IMG/VR virus record: IMGVR_UViG_3300013126_000002
Location: 1 to 63,185 of that record
DNA: 63,185 nt
Origin: a virus
Taxonomy: Duplodnaviria > Caudoviricetes
Direction: 5' to 3' (one strand)
The position numbers and the translations under genes are program-made. The notes under the pieces are model-generated. The model was not told where the DNA came from. It saw only the letters and a program-made list of their open reading frames with translations, and ran no database searches. This document shows, piece after piece, positions 19,411-29,200 of this stretch (its first letter is position 1; each line of letters begins with the position of its first letter).

Positions 19411-20868
19411 CTACCCGAAGTTATATCTGTTGTCGAATCGCGGCGGTACGAACGCGTTGGTACTGTTGCGTGCGGCGCGGTTTGCGCCTTTGCGGAAGTA
19501 TTTGGCGAGGTACTGTACGGCATCCAGTGGGTGGCTGTACTCGTTCTTGTCCGGTTCGGCGGCGGTTGTGCCTTTACGGCTGATGGCGTAGCGATACCCG
19601 CCTTCGAAGCCACGGATTATGGTTCGGCATCCGGGGTCGATGAGCAGGGCGGGGCCTACGTCTGTCAGGCGCATGAGGTAGTGTTCCACTGCGTCCAAGC
19701 GTGGTTGCAGGGTGTTATCGGTGTCGTATTTGACTTCGAAGTGTTTGCGATACACGTCCACGACTGATTTCTCGTCGGATTGTGCGCGTATGGCGGCTGC
19801 GGGGTCGGGGACGACCAGTGGGTTCTTGAACATCTGGTATTTCGCCCGCAGGAGGGGTTTCAGCCGTTCTGCGATCTGCCTTTCAGCGCCCATGTCGCGC
19901 TGGATCAGTTCATCGTAGATGAGCAGTCTGCCGTGGCTGTCTTCTTGGCCGATGGCGATGGCGCTGAAGTTGAGTCCGGGGTCCAGACTGATGATGAGGG
20001 GCAGGTGGGGGTTTGGCATGAGCGGTTTGGCTGACACATGCAGATCGCGGTTGAACGCGGGGAACACCGGCTGGCCGTCTAGGCTGAAGCCCCATTGTAC
20101 CTCGATGAACTGTTTTACCCACTCCTTGGACTTCCCTTCGGCTTGGGAGGTGTAGTACTCGGTTCTACCGGGCAGGTTGTCGGTATTTTCTGCGGTCGGC
20201 AGGAACCCCGACGGTTGCACGAACAGCCGCACGTTGTTGGGCAGCGGGTTCTTGACGAGGTAATCGTACCACCATGAGTTCTCGTCTCCGGTGTTGGATG
20301 AGCCCCACATGCCCCAGTTGGACGCGCCGCCGTGTAGCGCGGGCGGGTATCGTCCGCAGCGTGCTGCCAGTGCTTCCACGATCTCCTTGCGTATCTGCAC
20401 GAACTCATCGAGGATGGCAAACGTGACTTCCAGCGACAGTACGCGTGCCACGTCATCGGGGGTATCCAGCGGTCGGAACAGCACTTCGCACTCCACGTCG
20501 GCGTAGCGCAGGATGAACTTGTATTCTGACGCTTTCCAAGTACCCGCCTGCCCGTCCTTGAACCAATAGTTCCACGAACTGAGGGTGGTATCGCGCAGTT
20601 GCGGCATGGTGTTACGGACGATCACCGCGCGGGAGCGCCTGATGCCGTCGATGGGGGAGGGTGCCTGAAGGCCTGCCATGTAGGCCAGCTTGAACATGAT
20701 GCCGGTGGTCTTGCCCGAACCTACCGGGCCGAGAATCCAATCGTAGAACATGCGTGCCGGGGTGTAGTCGAGGATGAACGCATCGACTGTCGGCGGTGGG
20801 GTGTAGTTGATCGTGTTGGCGTCATTGACCTTGTTGGCCGCAGTGGTGAAGTCCCCGATGTCAGCCAT
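19411..20868 (-). CDS. terL: Terminase large subunit
   Basis: Walker A GPVGSGKT, Walker B AILDE, RNase H-like nuclease ISLDPG, SHPLDAVQY. Confidence 0.92.
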   Translation of the reverse strand: MADIGDFTTAANKVNDANTINYTPPPTVDAFILDYTPARMFYDWILGPVGSGKTTGIMFKLAYMAGLQAPSPIDGIRRSRAVIVRNTMPQLRDTTLSSWNYWFKDGQAGTWKASEYKFILRYADVECEVLFRPLDTPDDVARVLSLEVTFAILDEFVQIRKEIVEALAARCGRYPPALHGGASNWGMWGSSNTGDENSWWYDYLVKNPLPNNVRLFVQPSGFLPTAENTDNLPGRTEYYTSQAEGKSKEWVKQFIEVQWGFSLDGQPVFPAFNRDLHVSAKPLMPNPHLPLIISLDPGLNFSAIAIGQEDSHGRLLIYDELIQRDMGAERQIAERLKPLLRAKYQMFKNPLVVPDPAAAIRAQSDEKSVVDVYRKHFEVKYDTDNTLQPRLDAVEHYLMRLTDVGPALLIDPGCRTIIRGFEGGYRYAISRKGTTAAEPDKNEYSHPLDAVQYLAKYFRKGANRAARNSTNAFVPPRFDNRYNFG

Positions 20869-21457
20869 TGATGGTTACCGCCTCGCTGTCGATGGTGGGC
20901 CGGGGTGATGCGCTACCCCCGAAGTTGATGTTGATCTGGAACCCCGCTCCGGCAGCGCTGGGCTTCTCGTTGGTGTCTGTATAGTCGGCCCACTTCATCG
21001 TCTGCTTGATGAGGTCTGCCCGCACCGCAGCCGGGGTCGATTCGTCATGGATCATGAGGTACGACGTGTCCAGCAACGCCTCAGCCTGTATCCGCGCCTT
21101 GAGTTTGAACGCCGCGTTCTCGTTCTTGGCAATGTAGTTGCGTGCCCTGTCCACCGTGCGCTGGAACAGCGCGGACGACGAGATCGCCTCCCAATCCATC
21201 GGGTTGATCTTGTACGCCTTCAGCAGATCAGGGATGGGTGCCGTCCCTAGCGCTACCTCGATGGGTAGCGTGGACGGGAACCCAAGATCACCCTCCGGGG
21301 TCAGCGGAGCCGCAGTCCGGGGTTCAGGGAAGGTCTCGTTAAGGAAGGGCGTGTCCGGCGTCGCCTCGGTAATGGGCAGCAAGGCGTTCAGGTCGCCACT
21401 CAGGTTCATCGCCTGCGCTTCCTCCTCATCTGATCCGAACAAGTTTAGCTCCGACAT
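20861..21457 (-). CDS. terS: Putative terminase small subunit
   Basis: Immediately upstream of terL; GFQININFG C-terminal motif. Confidence 0.6.
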   Translation of the reverse strand: MSELNLFGSDEEEAQAMNLSGDLNALLPITEATPDTPFLNETFPEPRTAAPLTPEGDLGFPSTLPIEVALGTAPIPDLLKAYKINPMDWEAISSSALFQRTVDRARNYIAKNENAAFKLKARIQAEALLDTSYLMIHDESTPAAVRADLIKQTMKWADYTDTNEKPSAAGAGFQININFGGSASPRPTIDSEAVTING

Positions 21458-21758
21458 TTGCTACCTCCTCAACCTTGGATTCGTTCAGCGTGCGTACGTC
21501 CACACCCTGCTCCTGTGCCTCCGCCAACCGGTTCGCAGCCTTGATCCGGTCTACATAGTTCTTCCGGCTCAGTCGGGAAGCCTCCGGATTGCGCGTACGC
21601 CACTCCTGCGACTTGATCTTCTGACACTCCCGGCAGTAATAGTGATACCCGCCTACCACACTCCGGTTCTTCGCAAACTCGGACAGGTTTTTCGACACCT
21701 TGCAGCGACTACAGACGCGCATGTAATCAGGGGTCTTCCGCTCCATTTCATTCTCCAC
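21426..21758 (-). CDS. Zn-finger protein (CSRC...CREC)
   Basis: Resembles the N-terminal Zn module of HNH/EndoVII-type proteins; no catalytic motif seen. Confidence 0.6.
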   Translation of the reverse strand: MENEMERKTPDYMRVCSRCKVSKNLSEFAKNRSVVGGYHYYCRECQKIKSQEWRTRNPEASRLSRKNYVDRIKAANRLAEAQEQGVDVRTLNESKVEEVANVGAKLVRIR

Positions 21759-21777
21759 TCAGGTTGATTCGGTGTCA

Positions 21778-21807
21778 ATTGTATGGGGGGTGAGAATTGA
21801 TTGTCAA
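21778..21807 (-). promoter_or_regulatory. Leftward sigma70-like promoter for the late arm
   Basis: TTGACA (21807-21802), 18 nt, TACAAT (21783-21778). Confidence 0.55.
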
Positions 21808-21856
21808 GTAAGCAGGTGAAAAAACCCGGAAAATTTTTTGGGGGAAGGGGGCCTTT

Positions 21857-21952
21857 AATACCCCTAATTAGAGTAGGGTTATTATGTTTTTACCGGGAAT
21901 TTTAAATACCCATGCTCTAAGTAGGGTTATTATGTTTTTACTGGAAATTTTA
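21857..21952. repeat. Two tandem ~48-bp repeats, candidate packaging/terminus site
   Basis: AGTAGGGTTATTATGTTTTTAC at 21872 and 21920. Confidence 0.75.
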
Positions 21953-22030
21953 TTTATGAAAGGGGCAAAGCGACGGGCGCGTGAACCCAAAACCCCCTTG
22001 GGGGGCTTCGCCAGAAAAAAGAATTCTTAC

Positions 22031-22059
22031 TTGACAAACTAAGTGGGTTGTGAGATACT
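22031..22059 (+). promoter_or_regulatory. Early promoter P1
   Basis: TTGACA-17-GATACT. Confidence 0.75.
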
Positions 22060-22110
22060 AGCATCGTGGTGAAGCAAGCCACATCTATCCAACTATCAAA
22101 GGAGCCTATC

Positions 22111-22350
22111 ATGGCAACAATGATTGCAAAGCCCGCCGCTGCTAAAGCGGTACCGGCTGCCCGCCCGTCGAATTCGGCGACAATGCGGGCAGACCTTATC
22201 CACGCAGCGTATGAGCTGTGCGCCGCTCATGTGCGCGAGGTGGCCGTCAACGGCAGCTCGTTTGAGCTGGTATGCGCGGCAGAGGATGCAGCGCGATTCG
22301 TTCGCAGCGTAGAAACCGCCATGCAGCGGTTTGAACGTAACCAAGACTAA
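22111..22350 (+). CDS. Early hypothetical protein
   Basis: AAAGGAG RBS before the ATG at 22111. Confidence 0.75.
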   Translation: MATMIAKPAAAKAVPAARPSNSATMRADLIHAAYELCAAHVREVAVNGSSFELVCAAEDAARFVRSVETAMQRFERNQD

Positions 22351-22385
22351 ATGGAGCTGGCGGGCGAAAGCCCGCCAGATAAATC

Positions 22386-22646
22386 ATGACATATCAAGAT
22401 ACCCTTGCTTTCCGCACTTTGATCCGCCAAATCGCCGACACGCTGGCTGCACAGTATAGCGACAAGCTGATCAAGCCTGCCAACTACAGCTATGCGATGG
22501 CTTATATTCGCGCAGTACCCAGCTTGTTAGATGGCGAGCTGCACGCACAGGGCCTGTACATCCAGAGCAATCTGGCATGGTGGCGCGGCGATACAGCAAA
22601 GCAATACAAGATCATGTTGAAGAACGCAACGAACGCAGTTAAGTAA
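22386..22646 (+). CDS. Early hypothetical protein
   Basis: Q.LYI.SNL..WRG..AK motif typical of small phage early proteins. Confidence 0.75.
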   Translation: MTYQDTLAFRTLIRQIADTLAAQYSDKLIKPANYSYAMAYIRAVPSLLDGELHAQGLYIQSNLAWWRGDTAKQYKIMLKNATNAVK

Positions 22647-22652
22647 GAACTT

Positions 22653-22678
22653 GGGGGCTTCGGCCCCCATTTCTTTTT
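22653..22678 (+). terminator. Rho-independent terminator
   Basis: GGGGGC-TTCG-GCCCCC followed by a T-rich tract. Confidence 0.85.
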
Positions 22679-22748
22679 GCCCCTGTATTTTAGCGACATA
22701 GTAGTAGCCACCACCTTGCACCACATACCACTCAGCCACTAATATCAC

Positions 22749-22777
22749 TTGACAAACTTGTATCAGAAGTGCATAAT
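22749..22777 (+). promoter_or_regulatory. Early promoter P2
   Basis: TTGACA-17-CATAAT. Confidence 0.85.
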
Positions 22778-22802
22778 ACACACATGATCTCGATTTGGGG
22801 TC

Positions 22803-22824
22803 ATCTGCCTGTTAACGGGCAGTC
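22803..22824. promoter_or_regulatory. 22-bp palindrome copy 1
   Basis: atCTGCCTGTTAACGGGCAGTC. Confidence 0.8.
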
Positions 22825-22848
22825 AATTAACGCTAAAAGGAGCCTATC

Positions 22849-23565
22849 ATGGCACGTAATAACCGCGCGGCAGCCGCCGCATCCGCCGCTGCTCAGGCAG
22901 CATCCGTTCAACCCAGCATCGAAGACCTGATTGTTGCCGAGTGGCAGCATCTGTTCGAAGCAAAGAAAGATACCGCCAAGTACGCTGAAGAATTGAAGCG
23001 TGCCGCTGGCGGTGCTGGCAAGGCAGCGCTGCAAATCATGTTCATCATCCGCGAGGATGTGGTGATGATCGAAGTGAAAGAGACGCGCCGCCCAACGCTG
23101 AAATCTACCGCCAGCGCCGAGAAGGCAATCGCGCTGGGGCTGAAACTGGCGAACGAAGCCGGACTTTCGGATAAGACCATTGAAGACGTGCAAGCGCTGA
23201 TCCGCCGCTTTGCACGCATGGATGTGGCGAAGCGTACCGCCGTACTTAGCAAGGCAGCAGGTATGGGCATCAACGCTATGCGTAAGGTCTTTACCGCCGT
23301 GGAAACCGGCAATGCTGGCGGCGAAGAAGGCGGCAGCGGCGAAGGCAGCGGCGAAGGCAAAACCGCACCAGCAGCGAAAGACCTGAAAGAGCCGGAATTG
23401 GCGGAACTTCTCGCCAGCGTAACCGGCATGGGTGATCGCGTCACATGGCTGCAAGTGATCGCACTGGTGCAGGAAATCGGCGTGCAGACCAGCGCCGAAC
23501 TTCTGCAAAAAGAAGTAACCGCAATCGACAAGCAGCAGGCGGCGAAGCAAAAGAAAGCCGCTTAG
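22849..23565 (+). CDS. Early hypothetical protein, paralogue A
   Basis: 238 aa, AAAAGGAG RBS, own promoter and terminator. Confidence 0.85.
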   Translation: MARNNRAAAAASAAAQAASVQPSIEDLIVAEWQHLFEAKKDTAKYAEELKRAAGGAGKAALQIMFIIREDVVMIEVKETRRPTLKSTASAEKAIALGLKLANEAGLSDKTIEDVQALIRRFARMDVAKRTAVLSKAAGMGINAMRKVFTAVETGNAGGEEGGSGEGSGEGKTAPAAKDLKEPELAELLASVTGMGDRVTWLQVIALVQEIGVQTSAELLQKEVTAIDKQQAAKQKKAA

Positions 23566-23588
23566 TTCTACCTGATTCAATCCTTCCA

Positions 23589-23614
23589 GCCCCGCGAAAG
23601 CGGGGCTTTTTTTT
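23589..23614 (+). terminator. Rho-independent terminator
   Basis: GCCCCGC-GAAA-GCGGGGC followed by T8. Confidence 0.9.
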
Positions 23615-23627
23615 GCCTTGAATTTGG

Positions 23628-23649
23628 GACTGGTCGTTAACGGGCAGTC
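23628..23649. promoter_or_regulatory. 22-bp palindrome copy 2
   Basis: GACTGGTCGTTAACGGGCAGTC, extended by GG/CC and followed by a T-tract. Confidence 0.85.
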
Positions 23650-23744
23650 CCGTTTTTTCTTTTTTGCCTGTACTTTCCTCCTGACTGGAGCGACATAGTA
23701 GTAGCCATGCCCCAATCCATCATCATGCACGCGTGAAATATCAC

Positions 23745-23773
23745 TTGACAAAATAGTATCAGACGAGCATAAT
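23745..23773 (+). promoter_or_regulatory. Early promoter P3
   Basis: TTGACA-17-CATAAT. Confidence 0.85.
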
Positions 23774-23807
23774 AACAATTCCCCTGCATTTTTCGCAGGG
23801 GAAGCCT

Positions 23808-23829
23808 GACTGGCCGTTAACGGCCAGTC
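23808..23829. promoter_or_regulatory. 22-bp palindrome copy 3 (perfect)
   Basis: GACTGGCCGTTAACGGCCAGTC. Confidence 0.9.
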
Positions 23830-23857
23830 GATCAACTATCTAACTAGGAGCAATATC

Positions 23858-24508
23858 ATGGCTAAATCCAAGCCCGCAGTACCCGCAGTTGACACCCTCG
23901 ACACTCTTGCCCGTAGCGAATGGCAAGTGCTGTTTTCCGCAAAGGCCGCGACCCGCACGCACGCCGAGCAACTAAAGGCCGCAGCAGGAAGTGCTGGTGC
24001 TGCTACGTTGCACCTCATGTCCCTGATCAAGGATGACCTGACCCTGATCGAGATCAAAGAGGAACGCAGGCCTGCTATCAAGACGACCGCCAGCGCCGAA
24101 CGCGTGATCGCTATCGGGATCGAGATGGCTCGCGCAGGTGGAATGGCCGACAAAACAGTCGAGGACGTGCAAGCCCTCATCCGCAGGTTCGCACGCATGA
24201 CCGCAGAAAAGCGGGCTGCTGTGCTGACGCAAGGGATCGATAAAGGCCTGAATGCCCTGCGAAAGGTGTTCCTTGCCCTTGAGAACGGCGCAAAGGGGTC
24301 GGATGAGGGTGAGGGTTCAACCGCCCCAGAAAAACAGCTCACAGAGCCCGACATCGCCGAGCTGCTGACAAGCATAACGAAGCACGGCACGCGCGAGACG
24401 TGGTTGTCCCTGATCGCAGTCGCAGTTGACTATGGGGTCGAGGCCGCAGCCAAGTTGGTCGAGGCTGACCTGAACAAGCCAGCCAAGCGCACCCGCAAAG
24501 CAGCCTAA
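23858..24508 (+). CDS. Early hypothetical protein, paralogue B
   Basis: 216 aa; shares EDVQALIRRFARM and TASAE with paralogue A. Confidence 0.85.
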   Translation: MAKSKPAVPAVDTLDTLARSEWQVLFSAKAATRTHAEQLKAAAGSAGAATLHLMSLIKDDLTLIEIKEERRPAIKTTASAERVIAIGIEMARAGGMADKTVEDVQALIRRFARMTAEKRAAVLTQGIDKGLNALRKVFLALENGAKGSDEGEGSTAPEKQLTEPDIAELLTSITKHGTRETWLSLIAVAVDYGVEAAAKLVEADLNKPAKRTRKAA

Positions 24509-24526
24509 TCCCCTGCTGTTACCCTT

Positions 24527-24555
24527 AAAGCCCTGCTTTTGCAGGGCTTTTTTTT
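24527..24555 (+). terminator. Rho-independent terminator
   Basis: GCCCTGC-TTTT-GCAGGGC followed by T8. Confidence 0.9.
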
Positions 24556-24622
24556 GTCCATTGTTCTCACCTGATAACATCTGCCCTGATATTCCCCAGC
24601 AAGATCAGACACTTAATGCTTT

Positions 24623-24644
24623 GACTGCCCGTTAACGGGCTGTC
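24623..24644. promoter_or_regulatory. 22-bp palindrome copy 4
   Basis: GACTGCCCGTTAACGGGCTGTC. Confidence 0.85.
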
Positions 24645-24699
24645 GTAGTCACGCTCGACTGGCGCGACATAGTAGTCGCCATGCCCCAAAAACACGTAG

Positions 24700-25400
24700 C
24701 ACTAACAGATGACGAGAACAATGAAGGAGAAAAAGTGTAATGAAATCAATGACTGGCCGTTAACGGCTAGTGCAAAGTGATACGAATATCTACTTACACG
24801 CGAAAAAGCAAATGAGACGGGTATGAAAGTGAAAGTCTAAAAACGTAATGAAATCAACGGAAACAGGTGCTCACAAAATAGGCATTGCGAGACGTGTAAG
24901 GGGTATGCACCCACTAGAGCCTGAAGTCCAAAATGTTATGGGTCTCCTACCTAAGTACCTGTTTTCTATATCTTTATTTATTATATTTATTATATGTATT
25001 GCATTTCTTGTCTAAAAACGGGAAATTACATACGCCACACGCGCGACCCCAACTTAAAGTAAAGTCTTAAGTTCTCATTTGAGACCTATAAGTCACCAAA
25101 AAACGCGTATCCTTATTTTTTTCGCCGAAATCTGCATTCTCACCATCCGGTAGTATATCCCCTTATTTTTCTCAATGAAATCAACGATCTTGCCAGCACC
25201 CAACAGGTTAGTACTTACACACCCGTCTCAAACTTCGCATACAATCTCAGATTCCCTTATATAAATCAAGCACTTAGGGGTCAGACCCACTTTCATCCGA
25301 TACTAATTATGTTGTTGATTTGTATAGACTTTCTCATTTGGTGCGTATAATTATACGCCACGTCATATTTAACACATTTGTTACTAATTCACTGCCTTTT
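24700..25400. other. Candidate replication origin (non-coding, AT-rich core, direct and inverted repeats)
   Basis: No ORF in the track; AT-rich tract ~24962-25000; three TGAAATCAA copies; IHF-consensus AATCAAGCACTTA at 25264. Confidence 0.5.
24751..24772. promoter_or_regulatory. 22-bp palindrome copy 5
   Basis: GACTGGCCGTTAACGGCTAGTG. Confidence 0.8.
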
Positions 25401-25422
25401 CACTGCCTTTTCCCTTTCTCAC

Positions 25423-25451
25423 TTGACAAATACGTATCGCTCTGGTACAAT
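25423..25451 (+). promoter_or_regulatory. Early promoter P4
   Basis: TTGACA-17-TACAAT with TGn extended -10. Confidence 0.85.
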
Positions 25452-25507
25452 ACGAGTTGGGGGAATGTTTCCCCCAAGTAGGGTTTGGGGTGCAGGTAGT
25501 GCTACCC

Positions 25508-25529
25508 CACTGGCCGTTAACGACCAGTC
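25508..25529. promoter_or_regulatory. 22-bp palindrome copy 6
   Basis: CACTGGCCGTTAACGACCAGTC. Confidence 0.85.
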
Positions 25530-25555
25530 AATTTTCCAACTATAAGGAGTGCATC

Positions 25556-26095
25556 ATGTGTGAAGGCAAGTGCAAGGGCAGTATGGATTCCACATCCACG
25601 GCCACGTTGTCGGTTCAACTGGCAGCAGCGCAGGAGGTGTCGGACATCTATCTTGGGGAAGCTAATGCCCTGATGGGTGATCTGGATCGCCTGTGCAAGT
25701 TGTTGGCTGTCGGTATGCGCCGTGACGATGAAGATCAGTTGAATGGCGAGATGGTTCTCATGATGGTGACTGCCGTGATTGAGCGCTATTACGAGGTGTT
25801 CAACTACAAGCAGGGCAAGTATGTACCCATGCACGTACGCATGGACAAGTTGCAGGAGGCGGGCATCATGACTGAGGGTGAGGCGTCTGCGGTACTGGCA
25901 CGTCTTGACGCGATGATCGAGATGTTCACCACGTTGGCTAAGGTCGAGGCGAGCGAGACGCAGGATGACGCGACTGAGGTGACCGAGGCCTTCATCGACA
26001 AGTACGGCAACAGCATCAGCAACGACACAACCGCTAAGGGCAGTACCTGCCCTTCACCCGATTCTATTTTCGTTGACACGGAGGGCAACGCGTAA
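25556..26095 (+). CDS. Early hypothetical protein (acidic)
   Basis: TAAGGAG RBS before the ATG at 25556. Confidence 0.75.
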   Translation: MCEGKCKGSMDSTSTATLSVQLAAAQEVSDIYLGEANALMGDLDRLCKLLAVGMRRDDEDQLNGEMVLMMVTAVIERYYEVFNYKQGKYVPMHVRMDKLQEAGIMTEGEASAVLARLDAMIEMFTTLAKVEASETQDDATEVTEAFIDKYGNSISNDTTAKGSTCPSPDSIFVDTEGNA

Positions 26096-26117
26096 GTGCA
26101 GTACCAGCAACACCTCT

Positions 26118-26139
26118 GACTGGCCGTTAACGACCAGTC
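26118..26139. promoter_or_regulatory. 22-bp palindrome copy 7
   Basis: GACTGGCCGTTAACGACCAGTC. Confidence 0.85.
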
Positions 26140-26202
26140 AACAGCAAGTGCAGTATCTGCACTTCAGCAGTACCCAACTACCTAACTCTTAAGGAGACTA
26201 GC

Positions 26203-29200
26203 ATGACAACAGTTACAACGACTGCGATGCCCAAGGTGAGCCTCAATAGCCCGACCTTGGTGCAAGAGCTGGCCGCGCACCAGCAGGAAGGACGTGTAGC
26301 AGGTATGCACGTTCTGATCGACATCCCTGCCGAACTGGCTGAGCTGTTCCGCTATCGCGCAATGACCTCCAGTAGCCCGCTGTTCCACACGCTGGAGGCT
26401 GAGAAGCCCGAAGCGTTCAAGCAGTTGCGGCGCTATCTGTCCCTGATGCACTACACGGCATGGAACGTACGCACCAACGCCTACATGGTCAAGATCGGAC
26501 GTATCGGCGACAACACCCACATGGACGAGACTGTGCCATCGCTCATGGCGCATCCGGCAGGTCGTGTGCCTGAGTGGCAGGTCGATCATGGCGCAGGTCA
26601 GTCAACCCATATATCAATGATGACCGACTGGCAGACGCCAAGTGCCGCACCCACCCCCTCACCCGCTTCATCCACGGCCTTCGTCTCGTCAGCACCCGCC
26701 ACTCCGGCATGGGTCTACACGCCGCGCGTCAAGCGCGTGCTGCCTGCATGGATGAAGGGCACCATCGGTGATAACTTCACGGGCAACATCCGCGCCGTGG
26801 TGCAGGTGCGAGGGCGCAACGCACTGGCTCCCGTAATGATGGACACCCCCATCTCGGCACTCAACCTGACCACCAACATCATGGCTCCGGCCAGCCCCTC
26901 GTCAGGTGCATCGCAAGGCGTCATGCCCATCACCGAACACATGCTCAACTGGGCACGCGGGCGGCACGTAGCTACGGCAGCATATAGCCACATGCGCAAC
27001 GCCGAGATGCGTACCGAGGCCGTCAACATCATGACCAAGATGATGGAGGAGAACCCCGACCTGTTCCAGTCTGCTGACGGCACGCCTCGGTTCGTAAGCC
27101 CGTCTACGGCATACGCCGAGTCGCCGTGGTCAGGTACGTCATCGTTCTGGTCACATCATCCGGCCATGTCATCCGTCCGTATGGTCACGACAGGCGCGAC
27201 TACTACTATGTGCTTCGGGACACGTAGCGAACAGGAGCAGTTCATCAATAGCTATGGCGATACGACTGTAACCGAGTCCATCCCTCTGGGCGCGTACGCA
27301 GGCCTGCTCCCTTGTGTCGTAACCGCATGGCGGCGACTGTCAGCGCATACCTATGATTCCATATCCATATCCGAAGGTCGCCATTACGCCATCGGACGTA
27401 ACCTGTTGTGCGTGCCCCTGTCCCTGCCTACTTGGCGTAGCGCCTCCTCCCGCGTGGCGTTCGAAGGGGTGGAGCCGAACAATACGGCGATATGGGCGTG
27501 GTTCATGCGTGCCGAAGGCGCGTCAGTCAACGCTGGCGCTGGAGACGAGGCCTTGCCGTTGGCAGTCGTCACCCAAAACATCAATACCCGCACATGGTCT
27601 ATCTACTACCTGAAGGGCGTGGTTCACGACTGTCCGTTAACAGCCAGTCAACCTATCGATCCGTCCCTCATCGTGGAGAGCCCCACGTCAGCCATCCACG
27701 TGGAGGCCAAGAACGACCTGCTCGCGCTGGGCGTGTCCAAGGCAGCAGCAACCCGTGCCCTGCACCTGTCCTTCCGTATCGCAACAGGCGCGTTCGCCAA
27801 GGCGTTGGGTAACCAGTACGAGAACGGGCGCGTGTCAACGACTGAAGCCCTTAGCTCCATCGACAGCTTCTGTGCCTATGGTCTGGTCGGTAGCGAGGAT
27901 AACAGCGGCGTGCAGGTCTATACCCGCTCCATCAAATGGCTGTCGCAACTGTGCAGCAACATGAGCTTCGCCCTGTCATCCGTGCAACGCAACGCACTGG
28001 CAGGTCAGCACATCGGCAGCTATCTGGTAACCTCCTTCCCCACAGCATTGGGCGATGCGATGACCCATAGCCGTATGATCGCCAACACGCAGCAGTCCGC
28101 GCAGGCGCTCCACATGGCTACTGCCCTGTGGCGAGGCATCCATGTGCCTAACTGCAATACCCGCCGCGCAGTAGAGATGCTGGGAACCCTCAACACCTAC
28201 CTCGTCAACACCAGTACAGCACTGCACCGCGAAGTACGCACTACCCTGCGTACCAACGGCTCGCCTGTGACCGACCCCATCGCATATCGGTTCGTGTACT
28301 GCCCGCTGACGCAACGCATCTGGCTGCGACTCGTTCCCGATGGCGAGGCGGCTAACGATGGCCGCATGGTCAACCACCCGTCAGCATCCGAGGTACACGC
28401 TACCTTGGGCGTGCGCGATATGGTCATGCGCTGTTGCGTAGGCTGCGGCACCATCGTCACTATCGACTGCGATTTGGATGTCCCGATGTGGTGGTCACCC
28501 GCTACGCATGAGACAGAGGCTGGCGAGATTTGCGGCTTGTGTCGGCAGACCAACTACGACACTTGCGAGTGCTGCGGTCAAGCCTCACTGCGGACAAATA
28601 TGTTCCGCACCGCAACAGGTGGCCGCGCTTGCAATTCGTGCGCTCCGCACTATCGCCGTTGTACGTCATGCAACACGCTCACCCATGAGAACGAGCATGA
28701 GGCGTGTAACGGGATGTGCAGTCGCTGTCACGCTGAAGCACAACGGGAACTCCGCCAGCGCGAGTCCATGCCGTTCGGTGGCTATCATCAGACCCGCCGT
28801 AATGGATCGTTCTTTACCGAACGCAACGCCGACCCCAAGGATAAGTCCATCCCCTTGGGCGTGGAGCTGGAGGTGTGCTGCACGGGCGACCATCGTGACG
28901 ATGTGCTGCATGAACTCGGCAAGAAAGGCTACGGGCACTACTTCATCGCCGAACGCGATGGCTCCCTGTCCGATGAGCGTGGTGTCGAGTTCGTATCTGC
29001 ACCCATGACCCGTAGCATGTGGGAGTGCGTGCTGTCCGGCAAGCCTACACCCCACGGGCACTCGCTCAATGTGTGCGCCGATATGCTGGGGTATGGCGTC
29101 CGTGGCTACAACGTCAAGGGCAACTACGGCACGTATGGCATCCATATCAGCGTGGCACGGCATCGCCTCACCCCGTTGCAGGAAGCACGCATCCTTGCTT

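Noticed and set aside
76-21250. Many long plus-strand ORFs over the structural arm (e.g. 910..1851, 5191..6303, 17290..18693), and similar antisense ORFs elsewhere
   Set aside because: Antisense shadows of GC-rich genes; they lack RBSs and recognisable motifs
23808-23829. Palindrome as an integron attC, LexA box or parS
   Set aside because: Too short for attC and no integrase is present; CTG-N12-CAG does not fit the LexA CTG-N10-CAG spacing; no parS consensus and no ParAB
24509-25455. tRNA or ribozyme in the long intergenic region
   Set aside because: No cloverleaf, T-loop or hammerhead core recognised by eye; a covariance search would be needed to exclude other ncRNAs
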